NCBI GenBank assembly: GCA_965207375.1
Contig: CBDBMG010000002.1
Span: 704,001-768,000 of the forward strand
DNA from: Nitrosopumilaceae archaeon
GTDB lineage: Archaea > Thermoproteota > Nitrososphaeria > Nitrososphaerales > Nitrosopumilaceae
Length of the DNA: 64,000 bases
Reading direction: 5' to 3'
The position numbers and the translations under genes were made by a program. Under the pieces are notes generated by a model. That model saw nothing but the letters and a program-made list of their open reading frames with translations, ran no database searches and was not told the origin of the DNA. This document shows positions 24,902 to 37,050 of the stretch, piece after piece; position 1 is the stretch's first letter; every line of letters starts with the position of its first letter.

Positions 24902-25464
24902 AGACTCTTTCCAAAACTACGCCCACCAGGAAAACCCCACGGACGCCATTTTGAATGGGGCCAATTAATATTATTACATTGAAATTCCGTATAATTGTTG
25001 TGTTCCTGTTAGCCTTTGAAAAGGGTATAGAAGCCTAATGTTGACATTAAAGACAAGATTTCATATGTTTTGCAAGTGCCATAAGCGAATTAGGGCGAAA
25101 CGATGATTACGCTAGTCGGGTTGGTATGTCGCTTATTTGTTAGCTTGTAGTAGCTACAAGGGCTTTTAACACGAAAACAAGTTGTACAACAACGTAAATA
25201 CAACTGTGTAGCATATTTTCTCTTCATACTAAAGCTTTTAGCTTATTAATATGCACATAATATCCGAAAAATCAACGTCGCAGCATTAAGGCATTCCATG
25301 GTAACGATTAGCCTAGGAAGACACTAGTATGGCTGACTTTGACTGCTTTTGTCAGTTCACTGGCCATACGGTTGATTTTACCATACAATGGCTAACATTG
25401 TGGCCCCATTCAAAATGGCGGAACAAATGTTACTATGACAATTACGTATTTTTGGAAAGAGTCT
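24902..25464. mobile_element. ISL2EU/Harbinger-type MITE
   Basis: AT|AGACTCTTTCCAAAA ... TTTTGGAAAGAGTCT|AT; inner IR CGCCATTTTGAATGGGGCCA / TGGCCCCATTCAAAATGGCG. Confidence 0.8.
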
Positions 25465-26059
25465 ATAGGCTTGTGTTGTGTCTGGGACGGCCAACTGAGC
25501 TTCTGTGGCTTGCCTTGGTTCTTATGCACTAAACGGGGTAGCAAGCTGACCGGGTTGAGCCAATTTTTTTGGGCCCACTTTCAACTTAGAAAATTTTTTG
25601 TTAAATAATTTTCTTTTTGATAATTAAAAATTGTTGAATAATACGGTACTATGAAAGTGTGCTGTTTACCGCACGTGACGTATAGCGTTATCTAGAAGGT
25701 ATTAACTTTCTTCAGCGATGGACCACGTGTCTCGCTTTGGCCGAACAGTTCGTTGCTGATTAAGTGTATGCAGTGTGGATTCTTCGTTAGATTTCTTCGT
25801 CATTACAAGCCTTGAGAATAAGTGATGTTAGGTGGGCGTAAATTAGAACTTGGAGAGAATATTTATCTGTGTTGAAATATTATACTGTGTTGGCTAATCA
25901 GTTAGAGAGTTTCTGTTGTGTGATACTTGTTGAGCTAGTTAGCTAGTTTCTGTGTATGTCTTTAGTTTTACATAGTAATAGATAATAGCCTACATGGTTA
26001 TTGCATAAAACTTATGATTGTATGATGAATGATATAACTAGTATGATCCACTAACACAG

Positions 26060-28490
26060 TGTATTGCTACCACTTTCCTGCATTTTGGGTCCCGCTGATT
26101 ATGCTTTTCTGTAAAGAGTGCTGCCGCTTTCCTTTAGGAGTTTTTCTTGCTGGAATTTCATGGACATCAGTGTAAGTAGCAAGTTTCATTCCTTTAGGCC
26201 TTCCTTGGAGTGCTTTTTCTTTTCCTCTAGATATTGCTCCCCTTCGCCTTCCGCGCTCTTTGCATTAATAGCAATTCTTCTCCCACGACGAAAATGCCCT
26301 CCTTGACTACTACTGGTACTACCACCAAATACCCAACCAAACCTGTGTAGTGCACCGATAATGTTGGAATGCAATTAACACTAGGCACCCCATGGTGTTT
26401 TACAATAGCTGCTTGGTGTGAACATGGTGAGCCATCTTGCCCACCCATGCAACTACAAATTCCAATACTCATGTCCACAAAATACTTTACACCCCTTTCT
26501 GTTTGATTTTCTACCAAGTAAGTTTGGTCATCCTTGTCCAAAATTGAAATCTGGTCAACAGCTATGCCTGAACATTTCATTCCTTGATACTTAATGGAAA
26601 TGTAGCGGTCAACTCTGTTGTGGGCAACACTTAAGAGCTTCCTTGAATAGTACATCTCCAGGCATTCTGTTATAAAACTGAACATTTGAACAATATTATA
26701 GGCCTTAACCCAATTAAAGACTAAATCTTTGACAATTCTAATACCAGCTTCTGCGTAATTGTTGGTGTGATTTCCCCTGACCAGCAAATGCTTTCTGTAA
26801 CAAATAGCCCACACCTTTCTTTGACCCCAGTGGGATTCAATATATGCTGAATACTAGGGATATTTCTTTACCAATTCACACTTAAATTCATCATACAAAC
26901 TAATAGCTTACTTTCTGTAGCTGCATACACCAGCTTCTTGGTTTTTAGCATTAGAAGTTGGCGGTCCTCATTGCGGATGCGATTCTGGCCAGTATGCAAC
27001 CATGTCCATTTGCTTTGCAAAAAATGGAATGTGCAGAGCAATAGCCATGTATCTGGCCAAACCTTTTGTAAGGCATTTCTTTCTGCACTGCAGTCATCGG
27101 TCATTACAATTGCAGGCCCTCTGTCAGAACCACAACCGTAAAATGCATTTTCTGGCACCACACCCTTGATCATTTCTAACCCTTGCTTTATGGTACTTTC
27201 CTGTTCATCAGATGTTATCATTGCAGCTAAAGGAAGCCCACCTATAGGATAAGATGTAGAGAAAATAAAAAGCGATGTGTTGAAGCGGTCTAGAGATGAC
27301 GTGCTATCGCAGAATACCATTTCTGATGCCTATCTTATGTGTTGGTGTACTCTACTCATCAAAGGAGTGCAAATTATTAGTATCATTAGTTGCTCTGTTT
27401 GTATCTTTTTAGCTTTCTTTGGTTTAGGAGCAGCATCACCATCTGCTTCTGAATCAGAATCAGGGCTTACAGTAGGCAAGCCTTTAAAGATTTGTAGTGT
27501 TGCTTTCCCCCCATCAGTAGAATAGGCATCATTATACGCAGCTATCTCATTGTTTAGCTAATCAAAGAGTGGTTTACCTTGATCTGGTCCTAGATCTTTT
27601 TTTCGCCACTCGTCATACAATCGGTAGAAATCAGCTTTGGTTGGATTGATATTCCTATCTGCTAACAGTAACTGATTCTCTTCATGCTCCAACAACAATT
27701 TGGTCTCATGCCAGTGATGGGCCGATGATGCTCTATGACCCTTCAAAAAATAATCAAAGATTTGATTACGGGTTTCTTTAGCAATAGGCCTAAACGAAAG
27801 CGCATGTGCAGATTCAACAGGATGATTATGCGTAAATGATATGGCTAGAACAGTGGGGTGTGTAACAAGAAAAGGTAATCTGTTTGATGAAAATTTGTCA
27901 TGCTTGGTTGGTATGTTTACAGTAAGTTTCACTATAGATGGACATTCGGTCTTCTTGTTGCGTACATCATGCATCAATGCTTTCCTTGCATTTTTACACC
28001 TAGCAAAGGCACTTTGGCTCTGCTGCCTTGGTATAAGGCTCTTTTTAAAATGCTGGCAATGCATTTCTGCTTTGAACATAACACGCTTCAATCCTGGTGC
28101 TCTTCCTTTGGTATGGCGATATGTACATTTGCTATGATCCATCATTTGCTCCAGCCACGATTGAGCCTCTTCTTTACTGTGTATATTAATGTGAAACAGT
28201 AGCCTCGAATGCATGACTTGGGGCACCAGAAAAAGTATAGGTTGGTGCTTGAGTAAAACTAGTTACTACATATGTTAGGCTCTTTCCATTAGGAAGAACA
28301 CTTTGTAAAGAAGCGCAAAGATCTTCCCACGGCAAAACAGTACCGATGCCTACATCTGGCTCTGTTTCTGTTGATAAGGGAGAAGTGTCAGCTTCAACTT
28401 CACATTCTTTGCCTATGTCTTCATTTGTGGACTGAATCAAATTGTTTTCAGGTATCTCATCTGCTACACCCACATATTTTGATACCATGA
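26060..28490 (-). pseudogene. MULE transposase with SWIM domain, frameshifted
   Basis: CP...HNH (WRKY/FAR1-like), FCDSTSSLDRFN, MTDD, LCTFHFLQ, HTNNYAEA, CSC..G..G.PCSH, spread over 4-5 broken ORFs. Confidence 0.9.
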
Positions 28491-28574
28491 TGCTAGCAGA
28501 ATGATCTATTTCTAATGCCTCATCCTCTATGGATTAAAATGCAGTGACATTACATTCCCCATGGTTTATTGTAC

Positions 28575-31500
28575 CTTTACTGGCCAAACACTGATCTGAC
28601 AAACTAGTTACTTTTGAACTATCCAAAATGCTACCTGTGTTGTGTGAAACCTGAATTGAACAATTCTCCACTTCATTTGCAATATGCAATCGAATACCAT
28701 TCATATCACTCTAAAAGGATACCAGTAATAAAATTGGCTATGTATTATGTGTATACCTGAGAGAAATGCAGCAGTATACACCTTGCATACTATATAATAG
28801 AATTATAATTAATAATATAAAATTTACAAATATGATTTGTGCACCAACCTGCATAATAAACACTCCACAGTCAGTATCAGTAAGCTGTCGAGGGATATCC
28901 TGCAAAAACAGTTGATCATTTTCTTACAAATGCTTAACTACCTTTTCATGAATAAACTGCCATTCTTGCCATGGGAAGGGCAATAATCCCTGTGATTGTG
29001 TTTCCTCATCAAGAAACTTTTTGTAATTTTTAATAAATTATACATAACATATTGTATAATATTTGATCTTTTGCTTTGGCTTGTTGCCATTTCATTGAAC
29101 AATTATCTACTTGTTTATGGAGGCATAATTCCCGTATGTTTCTACACCTCTTCAGTTTGTTGGCTGTCAGCCCTCTGTGGGAGCTGAACCCTGAAGTGGA
29201 CTCTCCCGCCCATGGTTTTAGCCATTGGGCTTGTGATTATTTTATTTACATTTTCCCTGGTGGTTTTTGCCACTCTGAGCTACCAGGATGATTTTATTAT
29301 GACTTATGAAAATTGATGAGCCTAGCTCACCATATCACTATGACGATGTTGTTGAAGAATAGTCAATAAGTGTACAGTTTGTCCTAATGCTCTTACTGAT
29401 AAGGTGAAGGAGGCTGATAAACAAGAGGGGTAGTCAGAAGCAGTTCTTGTCATTATCAGAGGATGATTTTGTAACAATTTTTGATCACAAGTCTTTTAAA
29501 TTGTAATAATTGTATAAATCTTTAAAAAACTATAACAAATTGTTATATATTTATCTTTTGTATCTATTTTACATTTAATTTGCAATACATTTGTATTATT
29601 AAGTACGATAGTGCTTAATAGTAGGGATTGGTAGGAAATCATATGGCTTCCGGAAAATTTCACGCTTTAAAAATCAACCTTGCAATAGGCTTTACCCGAA
29701 AAAACCGGCTGGAATGCATTGGTAAGGCTGTAATGATGCTGTACCTTGGTTAACGAAGCGACAAGTCGAATATTTCGACCTACAGCCAACTTTGAAAATT
29801 TCGAAATTTACCTGTATTTCGTCTGCCAGCCGGACGGACGGCCAGCCTGCCGTAAGACCCGGTTGCACTGGGTGTAGGGCTCCAGAAATTTCACACAATA
29901 AAGGTAATGGCGGCAGATTTACGAAAATGTTGTTCCGAAGACGATTTACCCACTGTGCGCCATGGTGATTCCTTTTATCCTTCTTCCCTTCCTTGTTCTT
30001 CTATATTCCTTTAGTAAGGTGCGAATCTCACCGAAGGTGACAATAGCCTGTAACGGCTTCTGCTTATTACGTCACACAAAAGCCTGGCTTGCACGTGATA
30101 TAATCAGTTTAATACAGTGGCACGATGTTTTCGCGAAGCATAATTATTACGTAAGCGCCTGTAACATTTTGTGCGCCTGGTGAAAGATTATTATGAATGC
30201 TTAGCATGTATAAAAAGCAAACAAACTAGAATGATAAAAAATAAAAAATTTAAAAGGTAAGTAGGGATTGAATTCAATAGTGCTACAAAAAGTAAGGAAA
30301 CAAGGAATAAGATTTTGGGACGAGAGAACATTCTGGCATGAGATAATTTATAAAAGTTTAATCCCTACTTTGGCAAACTTACTAAAGTTTGCCAAAGTAG
30401 GGATTAAACTTTTATAAATTATCTCATGCCAGAATGTTCTCTCGTCCCAAAATCTTATTCCTTGTTTCCTTACTTTTTGTAGCACTATTGAATTCAATCC
30501 CTACTTACCTTTTAAATTTTTTATTTTTTATCATTCTAGTATACATTACATTTTGTATATATTTAATCTATTTTACATTTTATATTTTAATCCATCCAAT
30601 CCACCTCAATGATGATCCAAGACATCAATCACAATAATATTAACACGTATTTTGTACATTAATACCTGATCGTATCTGATCCAAAGTAGACACAATTGTC
30701 TGGTATGAGTGAGTCATAATACCTCATGGTCTTGGTTTTTGGGGTGACAACCTAACGCAAGACGGTATACAAGTTAACGTACGTACATAGATAAAAGTTG
30801 TTGCTTGTACCATTAGTGTCCAATGATTGTATCCATAATTTAGATACCACAAAATCACATCAGCTCCAACTACATCCTAAATATGTCAAAGGTAATTGTA
30901 GCTAAATCACATATATTTACATACCTTCCGAGTTTTCCAACACCGGGTTGCTTCTTTGTGCCCTTTAGTAATGAAAGAGTCAAAATACTGACTTGATATA
31001 ACTTCTACATTGGTTCCATATTTCTAAAAATAATATAATATGCTTTTAAACAATTCAAAGAGCTAGTAAGTTGGCACGTAGACATGCACACATGAATCAA
31101 CAAAGGCATAAATCAACAATAGCATAATAATAATCATCAAATCTCACCCTTTTAGCTTCTGCAGCCAGTAACTTCAAATACACTCCAATCACCTGTCGAC
31201 AAGGATGCACAATTACTGTAACCATGTGAAATCTGATTTACTTACAGAGATCAATATGTTAAAAGGAATGACAAACATTGTATTATGTCTGTTACCACTA
31301 ATTTATCTTTGAAACAATTTCTTTATGCACCTATAACACCACATCCCCTCGGCAGTAGGTGGCAGGAAAATGTTATCCCACTATGGGGCACTGACAATTT
31401 TTCATTAAGCGCCAAAGTAATTTTGTGCAACTTTAATACTATTCAACTGGATTTGACACAATAGGTGTATTTCACTATGGAGCATTTGTCAATTTCCCAC

Positions 31501-31790
31501 ATATTCCCGAGTGGGTGCAACTGATAGGTGCATGATTAAGCCTGATAGCTTTCAGTGCTGGCACTTAGCCAACAGGTACTTACATAATCTGAGACGCAAC
31601 GTCCTTCTCTTAAGCTAAATAAGTCCGCTTGCCTCGCCATTGCATGGACAGACGTATTATCCACAGTAATCTTCACGCTCAACACTCCAGTAACTCCGCT
31701 GGGCCGAAAGTGTCAATCCAAGTCTTGGGAGACTCTTGTCAAAGAGTAGCCAATCCCCTTACAAGCCGAACAGTAGAGTTGAAATAGAGT
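28575..31790 (-). pseudogene. Ulp1/C48 SUMO-protease exons upstream of the MULE transposase
   Basis: Short AG/GT-bounded exons: DLFSLREGRCVSDY (~31600), VIGVYLKLLAAEAK (~31170), VISSQYFDSF (~30990), LNYGYNHWTLM (~30825), VVTPKTKTM (~30740), DIPRQLTDTDCGVFIMQ (~28850-28900), YARCI (~28780). Confidence 0.75.
29598..30540 (+). mobile_element. HINE-like repeat ending in a perfect 156-bp-arm palindrome (copy 1)
   Basis: 5' hairpin ATTAAGTACGATAGTGCTTAAT; subterminal IR AGTAGGGATT / AATCCCTACT; tetranucleotide patch ~29822-29851; palindrome 30225-30380 / 30385-30540; CTAGT end. Confidence 0.8.
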
Positions 31791-32655
31791 CAATGCGAGC
31801 TGAGTGTCCACACTTAAATTTGCGCGCGAGCGATGACGCTATACGTCACGTGCGGTAAACAGCACGCTTTCATAGTACCGTATTAATCAACAATTTTTAA
31901 TTATCAAAAAGAAAATTATTTAATAAAAAATTTTCTTGAAAGTGAGCCCAAAAAATTGGCCGTTATGGTCTCGAAAATGGCTTTACATGTTTTTGTTTTG
32001 GCCTCCATGGAATTCTTGGGACTGAAATTAATGAAACACGTAAAGGTGTTAACACATAATAACAAGAGTCCATAATAGAGAGGAGAGTATCTAACTTCTA
32101 TATACACTATCAAAAATGAGCCCATTAAGTAGACTACTTTTATCTCGTTTATCTGAGGGGTCCGCCACTTCCCAAAACCTTGTACGAGATTTCGAAATCA
32201 CTGATTTCACTGAAATCACTGTGATTTCAGTGATTTCTTGTGATTTCACTTTCTTCTTCTGGGAAGGCTGGGATCGAGATACGAGAGATATAGCTAGATT
32301 AGCTACATGGTTAAACTAACTGATATATTTGCTACTATATTTAGTAATACGTAGATGCAGTCTGCCAACTAACTTCACTTTTGCCTGAATTGTTCCTTTC
32401 GAGCCTCTCTCGCTTCATGCTAGCCTCCCCGTCACCAATGCTGAGATAATGTGTGTGTAACTGTCTGGGAAAGCGATTCTGACAGAAAAACGGAGCAAGC
32501 AGGAGTTACAGCAGCTTAACTCGAAAATTACAAGAAGTTTTGAAACTTCTGATTTTAATGTGAGCAATCAAGGGAGTCAGTTCAAGAACACATTGTATTA
32601 AGCCTCTCATGAAGATCTTTGAGTGTGGATTTCTGTGGTACGTACCTTTCTAGCT

Positions 32656-32731
<76 letters not shown>

Positions 32732-32789
32732 CTCTATATTGTCTTCATATTAATTAACATTCTACACAACAACTGATATAATCTTGTAG

Positions 32790-33500
32790 TCATAAACTTG
32801 CACAATTCATGCAGTACCATTCTTCATCTGCTATAATTGAGGGTACTATTGATTTGATATAGTCTATGTGAAACCATTCCAGACATTTGTTGCAACAGAT
32901 CATCTTTCCCATGTCAGTTAGTCGGCAGTTACAAAACACTTTGCAAGTTAACACCTTCACTACAGAATTAACTGGTTTTCTTTTCTTGTTAATGGGAAAA
33001 GTGGATATGATTTTCTTTTCAAAGATTTCTACCAGATGAGGTCTCATATCATCTTGATTGATTACAATTGTTGTGGGATCTTTCCCAAAAGCTAAATAGG
33101 CCAGTTTGGGCATTGCGTAGAGTGCACAGTCAACTGATCCAGCTTGCTTTAAAGTATTCATAACCTTCACTGTGAAAGTTTTTTGATCAGTACGAATTAA
33201 TTGTGCAAGGACATCAAGTGTTTCAGCTGAAACAATGGAATAGGTTGAATCATAGAAGTGCACTTCATTTGAAAATAACTGGCATGCCACCCAAAAAAAC
33301 ATGTAGGAATGGGCTGGTGTCTAAAACAACTTTCATTAGGATACTCATTGTTTACAATCTCTTCCAGCCAGGGATTCATCATTTATCTCAGCAAGCACAT
33401 CCAGAGTATCGTAGCCTGTTGCCATAAAGCAATTTACAATATAAGAAGGAAGCATCTTCTTCATAAACAAATAAGCTTCATTTGTAAGTATAGATGGCAC
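32790..33500 (-). pseudogene. Ulp1-like protease + PHD finger, degenerate
   Basis: VHFYDS and KQAGSVDCALYA; PHD VFCNCR..MICCNKCLEWFH..WYCMNC; frameshifted N-terminal part. Confidence 0.75.
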
Positions 33501-33663
33501 AGATAACTGATGCTCCATATATGGTTGTTAGGGTTGTTCACCATACAAAGATATACCAGCACACTAACATTCCGTGCTTGTTGTCTTGACAATATCAAAG
33601 GTTAACCGGATCCTTTAAAGGTACAAAAAGTTCTTTAAAGTTACAAAAGGTGAAGTAGATATT

Positions 33664-34272
33664 CTAAGGTAGTTTAGGCCTGCCGAAAGATTCTTTAATG
33701 GGCAATTCAGACATCCTCGATATGGCTAGCTCATTGTATTCTGCCACGTGATGGTATTGCAAATGTACTATCATGTTCGTTGTGTTACCTTTGTAGGATA
33801 ATGAACACTTGCATATTTTACAAAACACTTCTTTGCGAAGACGCTTATCCTTCTCCACAAACTTGCCCATGTGCACAGGAAATCTAGACACGGCTTTTTG
33901 CCTTTTCCAAAGGTAGAAACTCGAGGGGATTGTTTGCAATTTCTTTCAACGTTCCTTCTATGACTTCGATTCCACCATCCTCTTCATCGTCGTCTATGAA
34001 CTCATGGAAATCTTCATTTTCATTCAGTTCGTTATCACTTGAAACTCCCACTTCATGGTTTGACAACAAAGCAAAGCTTTCATCAATAATACAGTCGTCA
34101 TTTTCCAGGTCGTTTCCTGTACACGTTGAACTTTCAATAGTTGCCATTTTAAATTAAACAATATGCGCATGCGTTGATATGATTATCGCGATAATATTAA
34201 AGTATTTTATCGTTATCGAATAATTGCTTTGCTTCACAATAATTGGTTTATCGGCATTATTGCACAGCACTA
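33664..34272 (-). mobile_element. 5' end of a ZBED-type hAT (terminus plus BED finger remnant)
   Basis: Terminus TAGTGCTGTGCAATA at 34272 with TTATCG repeats; acidic N-terminus, KAKSRV, VFCKICKCSLSYKGNTTNMIVHLQYHH. Confidence 0.75.
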
Positions 34273-34834
34273 TACTAGAGTTGAGTGGTATCACAAAAAT
34301 GGAGACGGTACGTATACGGTACAGTTTTAAATATTACGAAGCAGTTGCATAGACAATAGCTACGTAGATGCTTGAGTGAGGTGAATTGAACTATACACTA
34401 CGATGGCTGGCCTCATCACGTGACAAGTTATTTCATATGAAATCACTCATAAACAGACAAATTTTATTATATAGTATATGAAAATAACTGAAAAGTATTC
34501 CAAAAGTTGATCTTTACAGCCTTAGATGAAATTCCTTGTGAGTGGTAGCACTGCAGTACAGATGAGCTTAAGGACTGCTACTGAAGTATCTATAAGAAAA
34601 CATTTATAAACAGTAAGCTAAACACCCTCTTATTTACTTACCTGTGCTGTTCTTGTTATCGAACAGTATTCTCACTATAGTCTGTAACAATATGCGCCAC
34701 TAGTTACATAATAAGATTTGATAGTGTGCGCTATTAAAGCGATGCTTACGTGATAGTTTAACAACAGACCACGCTGGTTGCTTATACAGTTGTGGCAGTA
34801 TACTTATAAGTTAAACTGCTACTGAATAATACAT

Positions 34835-34935
34835 GTGTAAATTTGCACATGCGTGTTCTTCCACGTGTGTGCTTCCATGCATGTACTTCCACATGTGTGC
34901 TTCCACGTGTGTGGTTCCACGTGTGTGGTTCCACG
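34835..34935. repeat. ~14-bp minisatellite (GTGTGCTTCCACGT-like)
   Basis: About 6 imperfect units. Confidence 0.85.
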
Positions 34936-35207
34936 AGGCATGTATATTACATGCTATGGGGAAACATGGTCCACTCAAACACGTGACGGGGATTCAATGT
35001 GGATTTCTTGTGGTACCACGCGTGTAGAAATGAAGTTATAATTGAGCGGTACCGTACCCCAAATTCATCTTTAAAGCCTTCCCAGAAATGACAATTCTAC
35101 TTTTTGCTTAATATTTATGTTCTAAAATATCATCAAATGTGGTATTTTTCCTATAAATGAGAATATATTGCATATTCTAATGCTAATAATAATTATAACT
35201 AGGTGAT

Positions 35208-35266
35208 ACGCATGCGCATGTGCCTCGCACATGCACATGTGCCTCGCACATGCACATGTGCCTCAC
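35208..35266. repeat. 18-bp tandem repeat
   Basis: CGCACATGCACATGTGCCT-like unit three times. Confidence 0.85.
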
Positions 35267-35599
35267 ATAGTTTATAGTAGCGTATACATAGGGAAGAAGA
35301 TTAAATTATGAACTGTTGGTTATACATAGCTAGCTATATTAATTTAATGTTTATTTATTAAAAGTGATTATTATAGCAAAATTGTTTACAAATATGTACA
35401 TGTATATATAGCTATGTATGTAGCAAACTAGACAAATTTTAAATGGTAGAATATAAACAACATGTGTGTAATACTGTATTCAGGAAAGTTACAGTAGAAT
35501 AGCTATAGCTATAACTTATATATAGCTATACTAGATGGTGGTTACAAGTATGGTTATTATAATTAACTACATAGCTAGTATATACTATGCAGTGTGATA

Positions 35600-36095
35600 G
35601 TCAACCTTTCTGGTTACTGAATTTATGGCATTATCTTCAAAGTAAGCAGTGAATGGTTTAGGGCTTTCTTTGTAATGCTATCTTGCTGTGCAATATCTTT
35701 TAATACCTTTGTGAAAGCCCTGAATGGCAATGGTGGAGCAGAATCTGAATCATTAGTTGATTTTAATAGTAAAGTTGCCATGGCTTCTGTAGTGAAGTGC
35801 TTCATCTGAAACATGCAGTTGCATTTGCTGCAAACAGCTATGTCTTCATCATCTTGGTCTTTATCTACTTTAGCGAAGCATTGGGTGATCCACTATAGTA
35901 GTCTAAGTTTTTAATTCCTGCAATGTAGGCATTGTCTATTTTGTTTATGGAAATTGAAATATCGCTACTAGGATCTTCAGGGTATTCAACGTTGCCTATA
36001 TCATCATTTTTTTAAATGCAAATGAATCCTTGGAGGAAGATAAAAATTTTCCCTTTAAAAGTGTGTACTGTTACACTACTGAAATGGTAGCTTGA
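35600..36095 (-). pseudogene. RPA-like OB-fold/zinc-ribbon ssDNA-binding protein remnant
   Basis: YHFSSVTVHTFKGKFLS..DIGNV, then IAGIKNLDYYSG/TQCFAKV..AVCSKCNCM..ATLLL..FRAFTKVLKDI, with frameshifts. Confidence 0.5.
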
Positions 36096-37019
36096 ATAAA
36101 TAGTACATCACTTTTGTAACCATTTATTTTGTTTTAAATGGAAAGACTGCATTGAACTTTTAACCCATGCCTGTTCGTGGTGTGATAAACTGGAGGTTGT
36201 CCAACCTTTGTCGTATAGATATTGATCTTTAGTTCTGTAAAAATGTAGCATAAGTTATAAATTACCGGCATATAAACAGTTTTTACAAATAATTGCTTGT
36301 GTATACCATCAATTAAGTCATTGCACGTGTACTGGATGTCCATTCATATGGAGCCATATGAAGCCATACACGTTTATTACTGATGACTTAGTGCTGTTAA
36401 TAAAAATTTTGCGCGAAATGAATTATCGCCACCCGACATAAATTATCGGCACAGACATTTATTATCGTCTTCCCATTAGCAGCAATACATTTCTTATCGT
36501 CACTATGCGTTTGCTGTCAAAAACTTATCAGATCATTTCTTTATTAACCAAACTATTTTAATACAATCTAATTATGTTTTATAAATTATTTTTGTCCACG
36601 TATGACCTTGTTTCAAAGGTCATTTCTACTTTTGATTGTATTATTAGAGTATCAATTGTATTATTAGGGTATTTCTTGAAGACCTCTAAGAAGCCTCGAC
36701 TTATCTGTCATTTGCCTTGAACAATAAATGAAAAAATACCAGCATGGTGCATAGTGTGTTCGCTGTTCAGTTAAGGCATGTAATATCCATGGATTAGAAT
36801 AAGTATCCTCCTTGTACTTAGAGCCTGAATAAATAATTTTGCATGGTAATATCTGCAGCCTCTCCTGTCAATAGTAACGTGTGATACTGCACAGTCCAAT
36901 ATCCTAACCTTTATGCTACCATGTTAACTCCTTCAGGAAGAGGAAGATTACACTAAATAAATTCTCATCGATCTGTCCAACCAATAATACTTCTTACCTA
37001 CAAATTTTTTCACATTACA

Positions 37020-37050
<31 letters not shown>

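Larger units (their letters stand above)
25558..31961 (-). mobile_element. MULE (Mutator-like) element carrying Ulp1
   Basis: ~130-bp inverted repeats 25558-25691 / 31831-31961 flank the MULE transposase and Ulp1 exons. No TSD found, so the true termini may be eroded. Confidence 0.8.

Noticed and set aside
31965-32055. Extension of the MULE TIR pairing with 23272-23361
   Set aside because: The same sequence also occurs, diverged, at ~22990-23070 as the other arm of a palindromic MITE. It is better explained as a separate fragment of that family, and there is no TSD.
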